This document shows positions 58,111-64,000 of a stretch of 64,000 nt of DNA, in pieces. The notes under the pieces were generated by a model. The model was not told the DNA's origin, did no database searches, and saw only the letters and a list, made by a program, of their open reading frames with translations. The DNA is from Candidatus Aquidulcis sp. (lineage in GTDB: Bacteria; Chloroflexota; Anaerolineae; Anaerolineales; UBA4823). The translations under genes and the position numbers were made by a program. The stretch lies in contig DYIZ01000010.1 in the NCBI GenBank assembly GCA_020723385.1, positions 5,190 through 69,189 on the forward strand, read 5' to 3'. How positions within the stretch are numbered: the stretch's first letter is position 1; the number at the start of each line of letters is the position of its first letter.

Positions 58111-59196
58111 ATGAAGTCTTCCAATAACCAAAAACGCTTTAGCCTCGTGCTTGCCGTTGTGCTGATCCTGGTCAGCGCCTGCACGGCAGCCGAAACCCCC
58201 ACCGCTCAACCGGCAGCGACGAATCCGCCCGCCGCGACCGCCGTCGCCGCCGCGCCCTCTGCGACAGCCACATCGACGGTTAAACCCTCCGCCACGCCGC
58301 TCCCATCGGCAGCAGCCACTTCGACGCCGACGATTGCGTCTACAGCTACATCCACCCTGACCCCGCTGCCATCAGCAACGTTCACCACCACGCCGACGGC
58401 CACGCCGGCTTTTATCACACCGGGCTTCTATGGCGCGGGGGGGTGTTTGGAATATAGGTATACCCCTTCTTTGACGATTGATTTTTGCGTGATCAACGTC
58501 GAGGTTCGATGGGATCATCACATGGTGGTGACTGTATCATGGATCAATAATGGGGCTTCGCCTGCCGGTTCTATTACCAAACCTTCTGATATGGGTAATA
58601 CCGATATTTATTTGACAGATAACCTGGGAAATCACTACGATCATGTCAACGTCGGCGGCGACGCGGCCAGGAATATCGAACTGTTATCTGGGATCACTTA
58701 TCTCGGCACTTTTACTTTTCCCCCCGCGCAGCCTGGGGCGACAATCTTTACTTTCCACGACAGCGACAATGGTCTGGAAATTGACGATATGGCCTTGATC
58801 ACCCCGGCTATTTACACATTCCGGCTGCCTCTCAAATGGTATCCTTCACTGACTTTTGAATACCGCTCAGACCTGTGGACATCCAGCCTGACCGAAGACG
58901 GCGGCGGCCTGCTGACACACACAGAAATCCCCGCTTGCCAGATTCTCGAATGGCAGCCATCCGAAATCCAGGGCAAGTACAAGAATACCATGCCAATCGG
59001 CCCGGTCACTTACGAAATCTACGGCTGGTCCGAACCGGAATGGGGCGTGCGCGAGTACCTCGCCGCGAGCGGTATCGAGACCTACGATTTCGCCGTCAAG
59101 CCGCTCTTTCATGTCACCATCCCTTACGACACAGCCGAACGCTGCCTGAACGATGCCAGCATCGTCCTGGCGACCCTGCGCCTGCTCCAACCGTAG
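58111..59196 (+). CDS. hypothetical lipoprotein with a Thr/Ala/Pro-rich linker
   Basis: ATG 58111 after AGGAG. Signal + lipobox LILVSACTA. Long ATSTPT linker, then a globular domain with no recognised motif. Confidence 0.65.
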   Translation: MKSSNNQKRFSLVLAVVLILVSACTAAETPTAQPAATNPPAATAVAAAPSATATSTVKPSATPLPSAAATSTPTIASTATSTLTPLPSATFTTTPTATPAFITPGFYGAGGCLEYRYTPSLTIDFCVINVEVRWDHHMVVTVSWINNGASPAGSITKPSDMGNTDIYLTDNLGNHYDHVNVGGDAARNIELLSGITYLGTFTFPPAQPGATIFTFHDSDNGLEIDDMALITPAIYTFRLPLKWYPSLTFEYRSDLWTSSLTEDGGGLLTHTEIPACQILEWQPSEIQGKYKNTMPIGPVTYEIYGWSEPEWGVREYLAASGIETYDFAVKPLFHVTIPYDTAERCLNDASIVLATLRLLQP

Positions 59197-59243
59197 CCCC
59201 TATCCCTTATCCCCTCGCCCCTATCCCCATTCGGAGATAGGGG
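59197..59243. repeat. five CCCCTAT-type heptamers plus an inverted ATAGGGG word
   Basis: cccctat cccttat cccctcg cccctat ccccatt cggag atagggg c. The reverse family (atagggg ttagggg gcagggg) recurs at 63386..63406. Confidence 0.9.
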
Positions 59244-59359
59244 CGGCCGGTATGTTATAATCCCCTCGGCTCATCACAAAGGATCGCAACCCATGACCAA
59301 CCTTCTGTAGCAACCATCACTCTCTCGGGGTACCCAACCGTCGTGTTCGATTTTCCACG

Positions 59360-59390
59360 GCCGGAGGCGTCTGCCCCCGGCTTTCGTTTT
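59360..59390 (+). terminator. attenuator-like hairpin + U-tract in the ABC-F leader
   Basis: gccggaggc gucu gcccccggc uuucguuuu (5 bp + mismatch + 3 bp stem), ending 7 nt before the AGGAG of the ABC-F gene. Confidence 0.4.
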
Positions 59391-59406
59391 GCTACAGGAG
59401 TTTCCT

Positions 59407-61047
59407 ATGCTGACCGCCCACCACCTCTGCAAATCTTACAGTATCTCCCCCATCCTCAAAGACGTCTCTTTCAGCATCAACCCGGCCGAACGGGTCGGGC
59501 TGATCGGCCCCAACGGGTGCGGCAAAACCACCTTGCTGCGCATCCTCGCCGGCCAGGAGACGCCCGACGAGGGCGTTGTCACCGCGCCGCCCTCGCTGCG
59601 CATCGGCTATCTCCAGCAAGGATTCGCGGCGGGCGATCACGCAACCCTCGGGGATCTGATCCGGCAGGCGGTGGGCGATCCGCAGGCCGCCGAGGCGGAG
59701 GTCGCCCGGCTGGCCTCGGCGCTCTCCGCCCAGCCTGACCGCCAGGATTTGCAGACCGCCTACGACGCCGCCCTCCAGCGGCTGCAGGTCATCGCCCAGG
59801 GCGATACCGGCCAGGCCGAAGGGATTCTGAAAGCCCTCGGGCTGTCGGCCATCCCGCAGGGTCAGTTGGCCGCCACCCTCAGCGGCGGGCAGAAAACCCG
59901 CCTGGCGCTGGCCCTCGTGCTTCTCGGCCGCCCGCAGTTGCTGCTCCTCGATGAACCCACCAACCACCTCGACATCGAAATGCTGGAATGGCTCGAAACC
60001 TGGCTGCAAAGCTACCCCGGCGCGGCGCTCATCGTCTCGCACGACCGCACGTTTCTCGATCACACCGTCAGCCGCGTGCTGGACCTCGACCCGGAGACTC
60101 ACATGCTGCGAGAATACACCGGCAATTACAGCGCCTACCTCGAGCAGTACCTCGCCGGGCGCCAGCGGCAGATGGCGGCCTACCGCGACCAGGAATACGA
60201 GATTCGCCGCATAAAGCAGGACATCGCCCGCGCCAAGCAGCAGTCGCTCAAGGTCGAGTTATCCACCACCCCGCGCCAGCCGGGCGTGCGCCGCATCGCC
60301 AAAAAAGTGGCGCGCAAGGCACTCTCACGTGAAAAGAAGCTGGATCGTTATCTCGAATCCGACGAGCGCGTCGAAAAAGTGCGCGAAAGCTGGCAGATGA
60401 AAGCCGACATTTTCTCGGCCGAGTTCGGCGCAGCACCCCGCTCGGGGCAGGATGTGCTGACACTCGAAAACCTGGCGGTGGGATACCCCGGATGCGCCCC
60501 CCTGCTGGAAGGCGTCAACCTGTATGTGCGCGCCGGGCGGCGGGTGGCCATCACTGGGCCGAATGGGGCCGGCAAAACCTCGTTGGTGCGTACCATCGCC
60601 GGGAGCCTACCGCCCGTGGCGGGATCGCTGCGCCTGGGAGCGAACACCCGCCTGGGCTACATGGCCCAGGAGCAGGAACTGGTTGATCCCGCCCGCAGCG
60701 CGCTGGAAATCATTCAAAGCGCCGCCCCTCTAAACGACACCGAGGCGCGTGCCTTTCTGCACTACTTCCTGTTCACCGGCGACGATCCGCTGCGCCCGGC
60801 CCGTGAGTTGAGCTTCGGCGAGCGGGCGCGTCTCAGCTTGGCCGCGCTGGTGGCGCAAGGCTGCAACTTCCTCCTGCTCGACGAGCCGATCAACCACCTC
60901 GACATCCCCTCGCGTGCCCGTTTCGAGCAGGCATTGGCGCAGTTCGATGGCACCGTGCTGGCCGTGGTTCACGACCGCTACTTCATCGAGCGTTTCGCCG
61001 ACGAGATGTGGGTGGTCGCCGCGGGCAGTGTGAGGCAGAATTTTTAG
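59407..61047 (+). CDS. ABC-F family ATPase (two NBDs, no TM domain)
   Basis: ATG 59407 after AGGAG. Walker A GPNGCGKTT and GPNGAGKTS. Signatures LSGGQKTRLALA and LSFGERARLSLA. Basic interdomain linker (RRIKQDIARAKQQSLK...RRIAKKVARKALSREKK). Confidence 0.85.
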   Translation: MLTAHHLCKSYSISPILKDVSFSINPAERVGLIGPNGCGKTTLLRILAGQETPDEGVVTAPPSLRIGYLQQGFAAGDHATLGDLIRQAVGDPQAAEAEVARLASALSAQPDRQDLQTAYDAALQRLQVIAQGDTGQAEGILKALGLSAIPQGQLAATLSGGQKTRLALALVLLGRPQLLLLDEPTNHLDIEMLEWLETWLQSYPGAALIVSHDRTFLDHTVSRVLDLDPETHMLREYTGNYSAYLEQYLAGRQRQMAAYRDQEYEIRRIKQDIARAKQQSLKVELSTTPRQPGVRRIAKKVARKALSREKKLDRYLESDERVEKVRESWQMKADIFSAEFGAAPRSGQDVLTLENLAVGYPGCAPLLEGVNLYVRAGRRVAITGPNGAGKTSLVRTIAGSLPPVAGSLRLGANTRLGYMAQEQELVDPARSALEIIQSAAPLNDTEARAFLHYFLFTGDDPLRPARELSFGERARLSLAALVAQGCNFLLLDEPINHLDIPSRARFEQALAQFDGTVLAVVHDRYFIERFADEMWVVAAGSVRQNF

Positions 61048-61078
61048 ACCCCAAGGGTTTCAGAAACCCCTGGGGTCT
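61046..61078 (+). terminator. hairpin after the ABC-F gene (GGTTT-loop-AAACC family), no strong U-tract
   Basis: agaccccaagggttt cag aaacccctggggtct (one mismatch); overlaps the TAG stop. Confidence 0.45.
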
Positions 61079-61214
61079 GCAAACAGGGATTGTCATTTTC
61101 CCCGTTCGCGATGATAATATTCACGCCGCTCGCATCCTCGAGCGAGACGGCAGCCATAGAACTTTCAACCTGTAACCTTCAACCCATTTGGCCCCTACCC
61201 TGGAGGAGGGAACC

Positions 61215-62147
61215 ATGACAACCACACCCCAAAACACCCCAACCCAATCCGAAGGGCGGAAAAAGGTCACCACGGCCACTTTCCGCGCCAATAAAGAGCG
61301 CGGCGAGTCGATCACCATGCTCACCGCCTATGATTTTCCCACTGCCCAGGCCGTTGACCGGGCCGGCATAGACGCCATCCTGGTCGGCGACTCGCTCGGC
61401 ATGGTCGTGCTCGGCTATCCCAACACCCTGCCGGTGACGATGGAAGACATGCTCCACCATTGCAAAGCCGTCTCACGCGGGGCGCGCTACCCTCTGCTCA
61501 TCGGCGACATGCCCTTCATGTCTTATCAAACGACAACCGCCGAAGCGGTGCGCAATGCCGGGCGATTCCTGCAAGAGAGCGGGATGGACGCCGTCAAGCT
61601 GGAGGGCGGGCGCGACCGGCTGGATGCGGTACGCGCCATCCTGAGCGCCGGCATCCCCGTGATGGGGCACCTCGGCCTCACCCCGCAGTCCGTCAACCTG
61701 CTGGGCGGGTTCCGCCCGCAGGCGCGCACCGCCGAAGCTGCCCGCTGTCTGCTCGAAGACGCCCTGATGCTGCAAGACGCAGGCTGCTTCAGCCTGGTGC
61801 TCGAATCTGTCCCGGCCCGGCTGGCCGCCTTCGTCTCCCAACGGCTCGACATCCCCACCATCGGCATTGGGGCGGGCGTGGGCTGCGACGGGCAGGTGCT
61901 CGTCACCCACGATCTGCTCGGCCTGTTCGAGCGCGCTCCCAAATTCGTCAAGCGCTACGCCAACTTGAGCACCGAGATGGCGCGCGCCTTCACCGAATAC
62001 AAAGCCGACGTGGACGCGCACGCCTTCCCCGCCGTCGAGCACTCCGTCGAGATGCCCGACGGGGAGTGGGACGAATTCATAGAAGCTACCGGCCACCGTC
62101 TCGACGAGGCCGCTTTCCAACGATTTACATCCTCCCTGGCGCGGTAA
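61215..62147 (+). CDS. panB: 3-methyl-2-oxobutanoate hydroxymethyltransferase
   Basis: ATG 61215 after GGAGGAGGG. ITMLTAYDFPTAQ, ILVGDSLGMVVLGY, VKLEGG, HLGLTPQS. Confidence 0.9.
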   Translation: MTTTPQNTPTQSEGRKKVTTATFRANKERGESITMLTAYDFPTAQAVDRAGIDAILVGDSLGMVVLGYPNTLPVTMEDMLHHCKAVSRGARYPLLIGDMPFMSYQTTTAEAVRNAGRFLQESGMDAVKLEGGRDRLDAVRAILSAGIPVMGHLGLTPQSVNLLGGFRPQARTAEAARCLLEDALMLQDAGCFSLVLESVPARLAAFVSQRLDIPTIGIGAGVGCDGQVLVTHDLLGLFERAPKFVKRYANLSTEMARAFTEYKADVDAHAFPAVEHSVEMPDGEWDEFIEATGHRLDEAAFQRFTSSLAR

Positions 62148-62447
62148 GCGATTAAACGAGGTTCTTCCGGCTCTGATGTGAGAGATCAATAAGGAGTCCA
62201 GGAATCCAGGAGAAAAACAAGTAAAACAAGCCCTTTTCCTGCTTTCCTGGATTCCTTATGTTCAACGTTCTCTTAAGTCCAATCCGGAAGAGCCTTAAAC
62301 GATCAATAGAACGTGGACTGGCGCGGATGGATGCGGAAAAAGCGGGTAAAATTCGAGAATACTTGATTCCGCGTTCGCCGGCGGCCATCCCGGATGTTCT
62401 TTATCCGCTGCGTCCTATAAAAATTTCGCCTGCCCAAACCGATTAAC

Positions 62448-63389
62448 ATGACTTCCCCAACCCCCTCCCCCGTCCTCATCGTTGGAACCGGCGCATTGGG
62501 CTGCCTGTTTGCCGCCCGCCTGTCAGCCGCCGGGATACCCGTCACCCTGCTCGGCAGTTGGCCCGAGGGGCTGGAGGCCCTCGCCCGGAACGGCGTCATC
62601 CTGGTCGAGGCGGATGGCCGCCAGCAGGCTTATCCTGTGCAGGTCGCCACCGAGGCCAGCGAGTGCGTTGGGGCAAAGGCCGCCCTGGTGCTGGTCAAAT
62701 CCTGGCAGACTCAGCACGCCGCCCGGCAACTGGCGCGCTGCCTGCCCGCCGACGGGCTGGCGCTGACCCTGCAAAACGGGATGGGCAACCTCGAGACGCT
62801 GGTGCGTCACCTGGGCGCGTCACGCGTCGCCCTGGGGGTCACCACCGCCGGGGCCACGCTGCTTGGGCCGGGGCAAGTGCGCGCCGCCGGCGATGTCCGC
62901 GGGACTGCCCCCATCACCCTGGGGATTCACGCCCGCCTGGCGCCGCTGGTCGAGCTGCTGCGCGCCGCAGGGTTCGTTATCGAGACGGTCAATGACACCA
63001 CCTCGCTGCTGTGGGGCAAGCTGGTCATCAACGCCGCCATCAACCCGCTGACCGCCCTTCTGGGCGTGTCCAACGGCGAGCTGCTGGCGCGGCCCACCGC
63101 CCGTACACTGTTGACAACCGTGGCGCGGGAAGCAGCGTCGGTTGCCGTCGCCAAAGGCGTTAACCTGCCCTATCCCGACCCGGTGATCGCCACCGAAGCC
63201 ATCGCCCGCAGCACCGCCAGCAACCGCTCGTCCATGCTGCAAGACGTCGAACGCGGCGCTCCGACCGAGGTAGACGCCATCAGCGGGGCCATCGTGCGGG
63301 CGGGCGAAGAGACCAGCGTGCCCACTCCCGTCAACCGTACGCTGTGGCAGTTGGTGAAGGGGATGGTAGAGCAGGGAAGCAAGGGATAG
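62448..63389 (+). CDS. panE: 2-dehydropantoate 2-reductase
   Basis: Rossmann N-terminus VLIVGTGALGCLFAARLSAAG, LWGKLVINAAINPLTAL, SSMLQDVERGAPTEVDAISGAIV. Confidence 0.85.
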   Translation: MTSPTPSPVLIVGTGALGCLFAARLSAAGIPVTLLGSWPEGLEALARNGVILVEADGRQQAYPVQVATEASECVGAKAALVLVKSWQTQHAARQLARCLPADGLALTLQNGMGNLETLVRHLGASRVALGVTTAGATLLGPGQVRAAGDVRGTAPITLGIHARLAPLVELLRAAGFVIETVNDTTSLLWGKLVINAAINPLTALLGVSNGELLARPTARTLLTTVAREAASVAVAKGVNLPYPDPVIATEAIARSTASNRSSMLQDVERGAPTEVDAISGAIVRAGEETSVPTPVNRTLWQLVKGMVEQGSKG

Positions 63390-63522
63390 GGGTTAGGGGG
63401 CAGGGGATTCGAGAGGATGTTTCGACCCGGTTACAATCCGTTTCAATGTCGAAACAGTGATCTGGCATGATGGAACACATAGCCTATTACAATGGTGTCA
63501 AATTCATGCCCGGAGATGACTG

Positions 63523-64000
63523 ATGAAACGATATTGGAACTGGCCTTTCCTCATGACACTGGCAATTGTTTTGACAGCCTGTACTGCGCCCGCCGCGGCT
63601 TCCCCCACCCCCGCCTTATATCCGAGCGTCACGCCGACAGCTTCTTTGGCTGCCACTTCAATCCTGACGCCGACGATTGCCATCACTCCCACACGTACCC
63701 CTAGACCGACAAAAAAGGCTACACCGACGCAAACACTAATACCTACAGAAACGCCACCTTCACCTCTGAAATGGGCTGATGCATTCCCATCGCCAGTCAT
63801 TTTGGATGGCTTCACTGGTGTTTGGTCGCCGGTCGCCAACGAGATGGTCGGTATCCAGGGAACAGCCGAGTACACTGGCACACTAACCTTAGTCAGCGCG
63901 CCAGATTTCAATCCTCGATTCTTTCAGTTCGATAATGCCAGAAACGCGTGGTGGCATTCGACCTGGAGTCCCAATGGGCAGATATTAGTCTTTGGGATTC
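63523..64000 (+). CDS. hypothetical lipoprotein, 3' end outside the window
   Basis: Not in the track because it has no stop. My translation from ATG 63523: MKRYWNWPFLMTLAIVLTACTAPAAASPTP... TPT-rich linker ...WHSTWSPNGQILVFGI, open to nt 64000. Confidence 0.6.
   Translation, partial: MKRYWNWPFLMTLAIVLTACTAPAAASPTPALYPSVTPTASLAATSILTPTIAITPTRTPRPTKKATPTQTLIPTETPPSPLKWADAFPSPVILDGFTGVWSPVANEMVGIQGTAEYTGTLTLVSAPDFNPRFFQFDNARNAWWHSTWSPNGQILVFGI

Overview
Gene-dense, high-GC bacterial chromosome segment; hand-counted coding lines reach about 70% G+C. It is probably Chloroflexota/Anaerolineae-like. That is an inference from a System I ccm operon, an FMN-riboswitch-controlled NMT1/ThiY-type ABC transporter of the RibXY kind described in Chloroflexi, and the repeat content. 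No rRNA, tRNA, CRISPR array, transposase or integrase was recognised. Gene order: (1) two paralogous TPR + winged-helix/BTAD regulators bracketing a microORF and a secreted ELWxxDGT-repeat protein, then CAP-domain and TPR proteins. (2) A fatty-acid desaturase and a DUF422-like membrane protein. (3) An 11-gene minus-strand cytochrome c maturation cluster (zinc-ribbon protein, ccmE-F-H-G, CcmI-like, diheme cytochrome c, ccmA-B-C-D); its CcmE has Cys in place of the heme-binding His. (4) An FMN riboswitch followed by an ABC permease/binding protein/ATPase. (5) A GGDEF-GAF-PAS protein, adenosine deaminase, a radical-SAM protein, a four-helix-bundle gene inside inverted repeats, an EamA transporter and alr. 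(6) A liv-type ABC transporter downstream of a glycyl-radical enzyme and its activase, with a divergent GntR regulator. (7) DUF1361, an orphan molybdo-hydroxylase FAD subunit, an SDR and maeB. (8) A divergent recA-like gene lacking the N-terminal domain, a 383-nt non-coding spacer, recX and rny. (9) A histidine kinase, an MBL hydrolase, tryptophanase, a MNT/HepT toxin-antitoxin pair, an AT-rich islet with a gene split by an in-frame TAA, a lipoprotein, an ABC-F ATPase with an attenuator-like leader, panB and panE. The most unusual signal is not a gene. Nearly every intergenic or intercistronic junction carries tandem, degenerate 7- or 8-nt word arrays, often arranged as inverted repeats, or GC-rich perfect palindromes. 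The same word families recur at distant loci and run into, or sit inside, coding sequences.
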